34,682 nucleotides of DNA, taken from Candidatus Thiosymbion ectosymbiont of Robbea hypermnestra (lineage in GTDB: Bacteria > Pseudomonadota > Gammaproteobacteria > Chromatiales > Chromatiaceae). The stretch is taken from the NCBI GenBank assembly GCA_020443945.1, contig JAIZWN010000676.1:1-34682 (forward strand). The letters are read 5' to 3'. The notes beneath the pieces are model-generated. The model saw nothing but the letters and a program-made list of their open reading frames with translations. It made no database searches and was not told the DNA's origin. The translations under genes were made by a program, and so were the position numbers. Positions 18,284 through 26,733 of the stretch are shown one piece after another. How positions within the stretch are numbered: position 1 is the first letter of the stretch; every line of letters starts with the position of its first letter.

Positions 18284-18691
18284 CTAGTTGGCTGTAAAGG
18301 TCCCTTCCAATGCTTCGGCAACTTTATTGCCCGCTTCTTCGGGAGATTGCCCTTTGAGCGCCTGGAATTCTCTCAAGGGTATGGGGACCCGATTCCAATC
18401 CATATCATCCAAAAGCACAGGGATGATCTTCTTGTTATCCGCAACCGCGGCACCCAATTCAAAGAACATCCATGGACTACGGATACTATTCGGACTGAGT
18501 ACGATAACGAGGGCACGGCTTTCCCGGAGGGCTTCCTGGAGCCTATCCTGCCAGCGTTCGCCGAGAGCCAGATCCTCGGCATCGAACCAGACCTTTACTC
18601 CACCTGCCCGTAGCGCCGCCGCAAATTCAGACACCCATGGCTCATCCTGATGAGAATAAGACAGGAAGACATCATAATGCTTTTCAGACAT
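18284..18691 (-). CDS. stand-alone TIR domain protein (TIR_2)
   Basis: YDVFLSYSHQD, GVKVWFD, LVIVLSPNSIRSPWMFFELG (catalytic Glu), IIPVLL. Start placed at MSEKHY. Confidence 0.9.
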   Translation of the reverse strand: MSEKHYDVFLSYSHQDEPWVSEFAAALRAGGVKVWFDAEDLALGERWQDRLQEALRESRALVIVLSPNSIRSPWMFFELGAAVADNKKIIPVLLDDMDWNRVPIPLREFQALKGQSPEEAGNKVAEALEGTFTAN

Positions 18692-18818
18692 CGACATCCG
18701 CTTCATCAAGAAATGGGACTGCTCCACAAGATTTAATCTCTCGTGCAATTTGTCGAGCCACCCAAGTGTCTTCACCGGAGTGACTGACGAATACCAACCT
18801 GGATGTTTCCGTATTCAT
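18684..18818 (-). pseudogene. truncated TIR domain gene (first 44 aa)
   Basis: Manual translation gives MNTETSRLVFVSHSGEDTWVARQIAREIKSCGAVPFLDEADVDV*. The stop overlaps the ATG of the next TIR gene (ATGTCTGA). Confidence 0.75.
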
Positions 18819-18966
18819 CCGCGAGCCTGCATCGAATCGATGAGGTGATTAGCTGCCAAGTTGCCGGTTTTCAGCCGATTAGTTCGAACCTCTGCGTTCT
18901 TCGCGTCTGCGTGGTTCAATCCCTCTTCGTCTCCCTTCGCGCCTTTGCGGTTCAAATTGAGGCGGT

Positions 18967-20118
18967 TCATTGCTTATTTTCATGGATCAGGTCGATGAAG
19001 TGATCGAACAGGGGGGCGACGTCGTGGGGTCCGGGGCTGGCCTCGGGGTGACCCTGGAAGCCGAAGGCGGGGCGCTCCCGATGGTGGATGCCTTGCAGGG
19101 AGCCGTCGAACAGGGAGCGGTGGGTGGCCCGGACCGGCTGCGGGAGGCTGGCCTCGTCCACCGCGAAGCCGTGGTTCTGGCTGCTGATCATTACTCGGCC
19201 CGTGGCCAATTCCTGCACCGGGTGATTGGCGCCGTGGTGGCCGAATTTCATCTTGAGGGTGCGGGCCCCACAGGCCAGGGCCAGGAGCTGGTGCCCAAGG
19301 CAGATGCCGAACAGGGGGATGCCGGTCTCCAGGAGGGTGCGAATCGCCGTGATCGCATAGTCGCAGGGCTCGGGGTCTCCAGGGCCGTTGGAGAGGAAAA
19401 CGCCGTCCGGTCGCAACGCCAGAACCTCGGCGGCCGGCATCCGGGCGGGCACGACGGTGACCCGACAGCCGCGCTGCACCAGCATACGCAGGATATTACG
19501 CTTGATCCCATAGTCATAGGCGACCACATGCAGCGGCAGCCCGTCATCGGTAGGGGACAGGGCCCGCGGCGTACCTGTGCTCAGATTCCAGGCCCCTTGG
19601 GTCCACAGGTAGGGGTCGGGGGTGGTGACCTCTTGGGCGAGATCCATCCCCTGAAGGCCCGGAAAGGATTGGGCCGCTTTCCTCGCGGCGGTCTCGTCGA
19701 GGCCGTCCCCGGCCTGGATACAGCCATTCTGGGCGCCTTGCTCGCGCAGAATCCGGGTCAGGCGACGGGTGTCGATGTCGGCGATGGCCGTTACGCCGTT
19801 GCGCGCCAGGTAGTCGTCCAGGGGGGCCTGCTTACGCCAACTGCTGGCGCGCACCGGGAGATCGCGGATCACCAGTCCGGCGGCATGGACCCCGGAGGAT
19901 TCCTCGTCATCCGGGTTGACGCCGACGTTGCCGATATGGGGATAGGTGAGGGTGACCAGCTGCCGGCGGTACGAGGGGTCGGTCAGGATTTCCTGATAGC
20001 CGGTCATGGCGGTGTTGAAGACCACCTCGCCGACGCTTTGGCCGTCCGTGCCGATGGATGTGCCGCGAAAAACAGAACCGTCTTCCAGCACCAGAATGGC
20101 GGATTTTCTCACGGGCAT
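18967..20118 (-). CDS. carA: carbamoyl-phosphate synthase small subunit
   Basis: [59 protein letters not shown]. Start at 20118 or GTG 20112. Confidence 0.97.
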   Translation of the reverse strand: MPVRKSAILVLEDGSVFRGTSIGTDGQSVGEVVFNTAMTGYQEILTDPSYRRQLVTLTYPHIGNVGVNPDDEESSGVHAAGLVIRDLPVRASSWRKQAPLDDYLARNGVTAIADIDTRRLTRILREQGAQNGCIQAGDGLDETAARKAAQSFPGLQGMDLAQEVTTPDPYLWTQGAWNLSTGTPRALSPTDDGLPLHVVAYDYGIKRNILRMLVQRGCRVTVVPARMPAAEVLALRPDGVFLSNGPGDPEPCDYAITAIRTLLETGIPLFGICLGHQLLALACGARTLKMKFGHHGANHPVQELATGRVMISSQNHGFAVDEASLPQPVRATHRSLFDGSLQGIHHRERPAFGFQGHPEASPGPHDVAPLFDHFIDLIHENKQ

Positions 20119-20155
20119 CTTCCGAACAAATTGGAAAGGGGCGCCGCTGTTCGAT

Positions 20156-20196
20156 CCCCCCCTCTCACCGGCCCTCTCCCGAGGGGAGAGGGGGGA
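20156..20196. repeat. CCCTCTCCC..GGGGAGAGGG palindromic intergenic repeat
   Basis: CCCCCCCTCTCACCGGCCCTCTCCCGAGGGGAGAGGGGGG; a degenerate relative lies near 20479-20512. Confidence 0.55.
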
Positions 20197-20244
20197 GCGC
20201 AGAACCTCTGGTTTCGAGCCCTTTTCCCTGGTTTTTCCCGGTGG

Positions 20245-20287
20245 GAGGGTATCGCGAAAACCCACGCCTGGGCTTTTGCGACACCTC
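20245..20287. repeat. short hairpin resembling juxtaposed IS ends
   Basis: GAGGGTATCGCGAAAA..TTTTGCGACACCTC. Related hairpins at 21426-21452 (GAGGGTGTCGCAAAA..) and 23121-23145 (GAGGCTGTCTGA..TCAGACAG). Confidence 0.45.
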
Positions 20288-20587
20288 CTGAGAGACGGCC
20301 TTTACCGGGGACAGGCGGCAACATCGTGCCACCCACACCGCAGTGATGGCGAGCCGGTTCGCAAGGCGAAGCGGCGTCGGGTTTGCGCCCAACCGGCAGA
20401 AGGGACTACCCGCCGATCACACAGAGCACGGAGCTATCCGACTGCCGCCGCACTCCACGAGGAAACGGGGAGATTCTGCCTCTTCCCACGGTCTCGGGGG
20501 AAAAGGGGGGAGCTTATCCGCGGATGCGCAAAACCCCGAACCTTCGCCCGTTCACAAAGGGGTCGGTTCTTTGCGGACGCTATCCGG

Positions 20588-21223
20588 TCAGTTCCCCTCG
20601 CCGGTCTTGGCGGTCGGGGTAGTGGGCGTCTCTTTCCCGGTTTCCGTGGAGGACTTGTCGCCGAAGCCGGGTTTGACGGTCGGGGTGGTTTCCTTGGGAT
20701 TGGTTTCCTTGGGGGTGGTCCCCTTCGAGGATTCCTCGATCAATTCGATGGACGCCTTGATGTGGGCTCCGTCCTCCACCGAAATGCTTTTGGCATGGAC
20801 CTTGCCGCTGAAAAAGGCCTCCTTGGTGATCGCCACTCGGCCTTTGGCGTAGACCTCACCCTCCAAGCGGCCGCTGATGGTCACATCGGTCGCCTGGATT
20901 TTGGATTCCACATTACCTTTCAAACCGATGGTCAAGTGGTGTGAATCGACCTCGATATTCCCCTTGACCGTCCCCTCGACCAGGAGATCTCCCTCTCCAC
21001 GGATGGTCCCTTCGATGGATATCTGATCGCCGATCACGCTCTGATCCACCTTCGAGGGCATCTTCGAGGATACCGCCGCGGACCTGTTGGCGAGCGGAGA
21101 ACCGGTCTCCTTCGGCTTCGGTCTCTCGAACTCCTTCGGTTTCTCGGCCTCCTTCGGCTTCTCGACTTCCCTGGTCTTGTCAACCCCCGCAACCTTTTCC
21201 ATCTCTTTCTCTTTCTTGAACAT
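20588..21223 (-). CDS. bactofilin (polymer-forming cytoskeletal protein)
   Basis: SVIG..ISIEGTI.GEGDLLVEGTVKGNI...LTIG..GNVE..I.A.DVTISG.LEGEV beta-helix repeats with charged, disordered tails. Confidence 0.92.
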   Translation of the reverse strand: MFKKEKEMEKVAGVDKTREVEKPKEAEKPKEFERPKPKETGSPLANRSAAVSSKMPSKVDQSVIGDQISIEGTIRGEGDLLVEGTVKGNIEVDSHHLTIGLKGNVESKIQATDVTISGRLEGEVYAKGRVAITKEAFFSGKVHAKSISVEDGAHIKASIELIEESSKGTTPKETNPKETTPTVKPGFGDKSSTETGKETPTTPTAKTGEGN

Positions 21224-21560
21224 ACTCTGGCCTCTTTAGGAAAATCGTTTAGCCCATGACACAGGGCGAGCAAGCATACACTTCATCCAAACGCCGCCTT
21301 GGCATGTCGGTCATCGTCGCGAACAGCCTTCTACCAATGCCGGGACAAGCGCGAGAAGGGAATTGGCGCCCGGACAGCCTCCTGTCCAGGTGCTAAAGAT
21401 CGGGCCGACAGTACCCTGTTACCGAGAGGGTGTCGCAAAAGGCGATACGCTCGCCAAGAGAACGGACAACGCCGAATCGCGATTCGGGCTGCTTTCGGCT
21501 CCGGCCTGATCGGGGGGAGATTCTACAATACTCCGTGGGCTCGATGCACCAACGGGGATT

Positions 21561-23015
21561 TCAGGACCCCGCCCCGGTGAGGGTCGCCAGCTCGGTGAGT
21601 CCCTCGTTCTTGGCCTCGACCTTCCCGTAGAGGTCGTAGAGGGCCGCCTGCAGGGCCTCCTCGATAACCGGATGATAGAAGGGCATACGCAACAGCCGCC
21701 CGACCGTCAGCCCCTGCTCAATGCACCAGCACAGCAGATGGGCCAGGTGCTCACCCCTGGGCGCGATCATCTCCGCGCCCAGGATGACGCCGCTCGACTT
21801 ACCGGCGTAGACCCGCAGCAGGCCCCGGTTACGGCCCATGATGAGCGCCCGCCCCACGGGCGCGAACTTGATCTGACCCACGGCGGTGGTCTCCGGGTCC
21901 AGATCGTCCCAACGCGCACCGACGAAGCAGATGTTGGGGTCGCAGAAGTTGATGGCCAGGGGCGCCTTGCGACGAAAGGCGGTGATCCGGTCCCGGGCGG
22001 CGTTGTAGCCGGCGATTTTGCCCTCGTCGCCGGCCTCGTGGAGGATCGGGCGTTCACCGTCCACGTCGCCGGCCAGAAAGACCGGCAGGTCGCCCACCTG
22101 CATCGTGTGGCGGTTGTAGGCCGGAAGGCCGCGGTCGTTCAGCGCCACGCCCAGGTTTTCCAGCCCCAGGTTCTCGACGTTGGGGACGCGGCCGATACTG
22201 CACAGGACCCGCTCCACCAGTACGCTGTGCGCGCCAGCCGTCACCCGCAACTTGTCGCCCTCCTCGGTAATCTCCGCGGCCCGTCCCAGATGGATGGGAA
22301 ACCCCTTGCCCAGCAGGTCGATGGCGCAGGCCGATACCTCCGGGTCCTGGGTGTTGCCGAGGGTGGTCAGCTGGTCGAAGCCCGTGACCCCGACGCCCAG
22401 GCGGTGCAGGCCCTGGCCCAGCTCCAGGCCGACGGTGCCCAACCCGATAACCGCCACGGAAGCGGGCAGGTCCTCCAGCTCGAAGAGGTCGTCGGTGGTG
22501 AGCACCCGCTCGCCGAAGGCCCGCCAAGCCGGGGGCACCAGGGGCCGCGAGCCGGTGGCGATGACCACGCGCCCGGCGCGGATCCGCTGGCCCGCGACCT
22601 CCAGCAGGGTAGGCGCGACGAATCGGGCATAGTCCTGGATGAACAGGTCCTCCGGCATGTTATCGGTGGAGTTGCCGAGCACCCGGTCGACAAAGGTATC
22701 CCGTAGGTCCCGGACATGCTCCATGGCCTCCCGGCCATCGAGGACCGACTCCCCGCGCCCATCGCCGATGTATTGGCTCGGCTGCCGGTGCCGGTGATAG
22801 TCCTCCGCGACCTGGAGCATGGCCTTGGACGGCATACAGCCGACCCGGGCACAGGTGGTGCCGGGCTCGCCGCCGTTGATGAGCACAAAGGACTTGCCGG
22901 CACGGCGGATCTGGCCGATGGCGTTAAGGCCGGCGGTACCCGACCCGATGACGGCGACGTCGACACTTCTCTCTTCCACTGGAGGCTCCTCTTGGGGATT
23001 GGTAATGTGGGGCAT
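21561..23015 (-). CDS. dihydrolipoyl dehydrogenase-like pyridine nucleotide-disulfide oxidoreductase
   Basis: VIGSGTAG, GTTCARVGCMPSK redox disulfide, IATGS, VIGLGTVGLELG, FYHPVIEE. Confidence 0.88.
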   Translation of the reverse strand: MPHITNPQEEPPVEERSVDVAVIGSGTAGLNAIGQIRRAGKSFVLINGGEPGTTCARVGCMPSKAMLQVAEDYHRHRQPSQYIGDGRGESVLDGREAMEHVRDLRDTFVDRVLGNSTDNMPEDLFIQDYARFVAPTLLEVAGQRIRAGRVVIATGSRPLVPPAWRAFGERVLTTDDLFELEDLPASVAVIGLGTVGLELGQGLHRLGVGVTGFDQLTTLGNTQDPEVSACAIDLLGKGFPIHLGRAAEITEEGDKLRVTAGAHSVLVERVLCSIGRVPNVENLGLENLGVALNDRGLPAYNRHTMQVGDLPVFLAGDVDGERPILHEAGDEGKIAGYNAARDRITAFRRKAPLAINFCDPNICFVGARWDDLDPETTAVGQIKFAPVGRALIMGRNRGLLRVYAGKSSGVILGAEMIAPRGEHLAHLLCWCIEQGLTVGRLLRMPFYHPVIEEALQAALYDLYGKVEAKNEGLTELATLTGAGS

Positions 23016-23056
23016 TCTAATCCGGCGCCCGAGAAAAGAAAGTCGGAGAACCCGTG

Positions 23057-23087
23057 AAAGAAAAACGGGCCGGCGATGCCGGCCCGT
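23057..23087 (-). terminator. intrinsic terminator after the thiolase/OB-fold pair
   Basis: ACGGGCCGGC-GAT-GCCGGCCCGT perfect 10-bp stem, followed on the minus strand by TTTTCTTT. Confidence 0.75.
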
Positions 23088-23150
23088 CCAGGGTGGAGAG
23101 GGTAAGTTTCCGCGCCTTCGGAGGCTGTCTGACTCAGACAGTTTCTCAGG

Positions 23151-23567
23151 CTACGTGGCCTCGAAGCCGATGTAGGTCTTCTTCTCCTCGCCTTCCGTCC
23201 GTTCGAGGAAGGTCAGCTTCATGGGCGTGCCGATCTTGATCTCCTCGGGCTTGGTGAGGTCCAGACCCAGGATCTGGGCGCTGATGGCCGGGCCCTCGTC
23301 CAGGCGCACGATGCCGACGCAATAGGGATTCTTGGGGCCATAGCCCGCTTCCACCATCCGCGTCGGACCATAGAGGGTCACGGTAAAGGCCTCCAGCTTG
23401 CCCTTGCCGCTCATTTCCACCCACTCCATCTCCCCGCCGCTACAAGAGGGAGAGAAGGGACGCGGTGGCACGAAGAGCTCGCCAGAAGACTTGCACCTGG
23501 TGCCCATGAGCTTCTTCTCGTCGACATACTCGTAGAAACCGGCCGCATTGTAGAAATCTTTGCTCAT
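23151..23567 (-). CDS. Zn-ribbon/OB-fold protein (DUF35/ChsH2 family), thiolase partner
   Basis: GTRCKSSGELFVPPRPFSPSC, WVEMSGKGKLEAFT, PYCVGIVRLDEGP, IKIGTPMKLTF. Starts 4 nt after the thiolase stop. Confidence 0.9.
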   Translation of the reverse strand: MSKDFYNAAGFYEYVDEKKLMGTRCKSSGELFVPPRPFSPSCSGGEMEWVEMSGKGKLEAFTVTLYGPTRMVEAGYGPKNPYCVGIVRLDEGPAISAQILGLDLTKPEEIKIGTPMKLTFLERTEGEEKKTYIGFEAT

Positions 23568-23571
23568 GGGT

Positions 23572-24834
23572 TTATTTCCTCTCGAAGATGTTGACGACGC
23601 ACACTTGACCGCTGCCCCCCAGGTTGTGGGTCAGACCCAGGGTCGGGTCTCCCGGCAGTTGGCGTTCGCCCGCCTCGCCGCGCAGCTGCTTCCAGACCTC
23701 GACCACCTGCCCGACGCCCGAGGCACCCACCGGATGGCCCTTGGACTTGAGCCCGCCGGAAGTGTTGATGGGACGGTCGCCGTCACGAGCGGTGCGGCCC
23801 TCTTCCAGGGCCTTCCAACCCTCGCCCCGACCGAAGAAGCCCAGGTCCTCGGTGGCAATCACCTGGGTCATGGTGAAGCAATCGTGGACCTCGCAGACCT
23901 GGATGTCCTTGGGCGATACCTTGGCCATCTCGTAGGCGACCCGGCCGGCCTCGGTGGCCGTCTCGATCCTGGTCAGATCGGTACGGTCGTGCATAGCCAC
24001 ACCGGAGGCCACACCATTGCCGATGATATGGAGCGGCTTGTCGGTGAAATGATGGGCCATGTCGTCCGCTACCAGCAGCAGGGCCGCCGCGCCGTCGGAG
24101 ACCGGTGAGCAGTCGAACAGCCGCATGGGCCAAGAGATGACCGGATTGGCCCTGGGATCGCGCAGAAAGGCCATCTCGTCGTCCCATTGGGGGACCGGCT
24201 TGCCCTTCTTTTCCGCGCTCCTCTGCTTCATTTTGATGAAGTCGCCGATCTTCTTGCCGAACTGGGCCTTCGGATTGAGGGCGCCGTTCTCGTGGTTCTG
24301 CAACGCCACCTTCATCATGGTCTCGCCGGTGGCCCCATAGCGGTGCATGTAGGCCGTCGCCAGGGCGGCGTAGAGGCCGGGGAAGGTGAAGCCGGCCACA
24401 TTCTCATAGAGGTTGTCGCTGGCCGTGGCCAGGATCTCGGTGACCTTCTCGGTCGGCTGATCGGTCTCTTTCTCATAGCCGCCCACCAGCACCATGTCGG
24501 CGATCCCGGAGGCGATGGCCATGACACCCAGGCGGATGGCGCTACCGCCGCTGGCGCAGGCGTTCTCGGCGCGGATCGCCGGGCGCGGATTCATCCCCAC
24601 CGCATTGGCGATGAAGGGGGCGGTGAAGCCCTGCCCCTCGAACTGGCTGCTGCTGTAGTTACCGAAATAACACTCGTCGATGTCCTTGGGGTCGAAGCCC
24701 TTGTCCACCGATGCCTGCATGTCCTTGAAGGCATCGACGAACAGGTCACGGGTCGTCTTTCCGGGGAAGGCCCCGAAACTACTCATGCCCGCCCCGACCA
24801 GCGCGACACCACGATTGAATCTCTTGGCTGCCAT
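23572..24834 (-). CDS. SCP2-type thiolase (acetyl-CoA acetyltransferase)
   Basis: ENACASG catalytic Cys, DCSPVSDGAAA, EVHDCF, NTSGGLKSKGHPVGASG, HNLGG. Start at MAAKRF. Confidence 0.92.
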   Translation of the reverse strand: MAAKRFNRGVALVGAGMSSFGAFPGKTTRDLFVDAFKDMQASVDKGFDPKDIDECYFGNYSSSQFEGQGFTAPFIANAVGMNPRPAIRAENACASGGSAIRLGVMAIASGIADMVLVGGYEKETDQPTEKVTEILATASDNLYENVAGFTFPGLYAALATAYMHRYGATGETMMKVALQNHENGALNPKAQFGKKIGDFIKMKQRSAEKKGKPVPQWDDEMAFLRDPRANPVISWPMRLFDCSPVSDGAAALLLVADDMAHHFTDKPLHIIGNGVASGVAMHDRTDLTRIETATEAGRVAYEMAKVSPKDIQVCEVHDCFTMTQVIATEDLGFFGRGEGWKALEEGRTARDGDRPINTSGGLKSKGHPVGASGVGQVVEVWKQLRGEAGERQLPGDPTLGLTHNLGGSGQVCVVNIFERK

Positions 24835-25000
24835 CTTACAATCTCCAGGGTGGTGGTTAATCATTATTGTCGGCGAACGACGCTCCGGCCGCTCACGGAC
24901 GCAGGACCGCGACAGCACGTCCTTATGGCTTTTTCCGATTCCAACCGGTTATCGCGGTCGATATTACCGGTAGATCCCTTTCCGGGGGCATTCGGTTCCG

Positions 25001-25171
25001 GGGCACTTTGAAAAATATGGTTTTCGTATATGCGGCTTTCGAATAATCGGTAGTGGCTAACTTTTAAGTGATGAAGTCTGCCAACCCCTACCCCGTCATT
25101 CCGGCAGGGATTGCCGGAATCCAGGCGCCAGGGATGGCAAAAGGTAAAAATACCTATTTTTCAAGGTGCCT
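25001..25171. mobile_element. MITE-like element with an internal palindromic repeat
   Basis: GGCACTTTGAAAAATA ... TATTTTTCAAGGTGCC (15/16 inverted match), same ends as 11224-11291. Confidence 0.6.
25095..25124. repeat. GTCATTCCGGCAGGGATTGCCGGAATCC palindrome (3 copies in the island)
   Basis: 9-bp stem ATTCCGGCA/TGCCGGAAT; degenerate copies at 26294-26317 and 27479-27501. Confidence 0.8.
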
Positions 25172-25173
25172 TA

Positions 25174-25410
25174 TCAAGCGAATAACCGATTTTCCATCCT
25201 CTCTTCATAAAGTGTCGGTGGCGGCAATGACTTGCCGTCATTTTTCATGAGTTCTATCCATTCTTCTACTATCCTGCATAGATCCGAGTATACCCGTTCC
25301 TCATTCTCGCCGTGACAACATGGACCTATAATGCCTGGGCATTGGCCCACAAAGCATTCATCCTCCTCGGACCATTCCACGATTTTCAGATAGTGGGCAC
25401 TTTCTTTCAT
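25174..25410 (-). CDS. HicB-family antitoxin
   Basis: YLKIVEWSEEDECFVGQCPG..GPCCHG.NEE.VY..L..IVEEWIE....DGKSLPPP. Confidence 0.8.
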   Translation of the reverse strand: MKESAHYLKIVEWSEEDECFVGQCPGIIGPCCHGENEERVYSDLCRIVEEWIELMKNDGKSLPPPTLYEERMENRLFA

Positions 25411-25417
25411 TATTTTG

Positions 25418-25756
25418 TCAGGAGTCGTTACTTGAGTCTTTGGATTGTCTGCTATCCTGACTCGTAGGTTCAATATTACTACCAGGGGGATCATTGAGGT
25501 TTAAATTGTCCTCCGTTGGTTGGAGGCCATCATAATACCCCACCTGATGATCTTTCCTCTGCTGCAACTTGATATCGGCGATTATGTCTTTCACGGACAT
25601 GCCCTTGAAAAGCTGCTCGCGTTCTTCAGTGTAGCTCCCCGTGCCGGCTCTGAACTGGCTCAGGAATCGAATTGTGTCAACGACACCGATCTCTCTGATG
25701 AGAACATTCGTGGCGTGCTGAGTTACTTCGGAAATGGGTTGAACATGTATTGTCAT
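25418..25756 (-). CDS. putative antitoxin partner of the PIN protein, with a C-terminal extension
   Basis: LIREIGVVDTIRFLSQF..GTGSYTEER motif of small proteins found downstream of PIN toxins; ATGA overlap with the PIN gene. Confidence 0.7.
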   Translation of the reverse strand: MTIHVQPISEVTQHATNVLIREIGVVDTIRFLSQFRAGTGSYTEEREQLFKGMSVKDIIADIKLQQRKDHQVGYYDGLQPTEDNLNLNDPPGSNIEPTSQDSRQSKDSSNDS

Positions 25757-26193
25757 CTCAAAACCTCCGATACGACACCGAGCACAGAAATAACTTCGCA
25801 GCCAAGGCCGGTCACTGCTTTGGCTTTCCGCAGAAGCCGATCGTCGCATGTCGCAAAGAAATCTACCTTTGCTGTTGATGCAAGCGCCAAATGTACCGCG
25901 TCCATAGGGCCGATCCCATGACCTTCCAGGATGATTGCCAGCGTTTCTACCTGAGCAGTGATTTCAAGGTATTCGTTCGTTGAAGCGAGAACAGCGGCTA
26001 TCTCAGTACGACGTTGCTTGTCTGGAATACGGCCAGTTTCATATTCAAGCGCTTCAGAATTCAATAATACAACACCTCCCGCTTGGGCAGCAGCCAATAT
26101 CGATATAATGGCTTCTGTTTCAACGCGAATCCGTAGCTGTGTCTGGTCGTCCAAAGGGCGTTGGAGTGAACAGCTATCGAGGTAAATTCTCAT
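25753..26193 (-). CDS. PIN-domain (VapC-like) ribonuclease toxin
   Basis: IYLDSC, RPLDDQTQLRI..E.EA, MDAVHLALA, FFATCDDRLL acidic PIN residues. Confidence 0.85.
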   Translation of the reverse strand: MRIYLDSCSLQRPLDDQTQLRIRVETEAIISILAAAQAGGVVLLNSEALEYETGRIPDKQRRTEIAAVLASTNEYLEITAQVETLAIILEGHGIGPMDAVHLALASTAKVDFFATCDDRLLRKAKAVTGLGCEVISVLGVVSEVLR

Positions 26194-26348
26194 TTTGCAA
26201 ATGTGCGAATCTGGTATTCAACACCTAACATGTAATCGACAACATAACACTTGCGGTAACCATTCAGACAACTATCCGGGACCCTTCCGTGCTATTCCGG
26301 CAGGGATTACCGGAGTCTGTCAATACCGGGGAGACGATAAATTCTTAT

Positions 26349-26483
26349 TCAGCCACTTTTCTTCTGAGACGGTGGTGGTGGCGGTGCTGGCCTGACATTT
26401 TTCGGTGGTGGAGGATTAGCCCCCTTACGAACAGTCCCTGCAGGTGGTATCGGTAGTGGAGGATTCGAAGCCTTTTTAGACAT
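26349..26483 (-). CDS. proline-rich basic micropeptide, copy A (44 aa)
   Basis: MSKKASNPPLPIPPAGTVRKGANPPPPKNVRPAPPPPPSQKKSG*; purine-rich GAGAGAACGAGA before the ATG; paralogous to copies B and C. Confidence 0.75.
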   Translation of the reverse strand: MSKKASNPPLPIPPAGTVRKGANPPPPKNVRPAPPPPPSQKKSG

Positions 26484-26565
26484 TCTCGTTCTCTCAAGTG
26501 TCTTGACTTTCTCCCGCCGCTGGAACATATGAAGCCAAAGAGATACCGGGGAGGCGGTAAACTTA

Positions 26566-26733
26566 TCAACCACTTCTCTTCTGAGACGGCGGTGCTGGCC
26601 TGACATTTTTCGGTGGTTGAGGATTAACTCCATCATACTGAATATCATACCGATGAGGTGCTGGCGGTGGCGGCGGTGGTGGTTTCGGTCTTACATTCTT
26701 GGGCGGTGGAGGACTCGGAACTTTTCTACCCAT
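26566..26733 (-). CDS. proline-rich basic micropeptide, copy B (55 aa)
   Basis: MGRKVPSPPPPKNVRPKPPPPPPPAPHRYDIQYDGVNPQPPKNVRPAPPSQKRSG*; the ATG overlaps the stop of the DUF6338-like gene (8-nt overlap). Confidence 0.78.
   Translation of the reverse strand: MGRKVPSPPPPKNVRPKPPPPPPPAPHRYDIQYDGVNPQPPKNVRPAPPSQKRSG

Noticed and set aside
447-18818. Complete Thoeris or CBASS defence system
   Set aside because: TIR genes are present but no ThsA, cyclase or other effector gene is visible in the window.
20119-20265. N-terminal extension of carA (also those of mtnA, thiolase, SDR, uvrY, HicB)
   Set aside because: The extensions run through intergenic repeats or neighbouring genes. Family similarity and RBS positions favour the later starts.
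20340-20420. Possible structured RNA or riboswitch upstream of carA
   Set aside because: Only a short GCCGGTT/AACCGGC pairing in GC-rich sequence, with no recognisable family motif. An Rfam search would be needed.
15061-25011. Long plus-strand ORFs (15061-16029, 16469-17695, 18970-20346, 20006-20944, 21672-22706, 24187-25011)
   Set aside because: Each lies antisense to a well-supported gene and lacks family motifs.
26349-26648. 99-aa ORF from the track
   Set aside because: Its first half is an off-frame reading of peptide B and the spacer. The paralogy-supported start is 26483.
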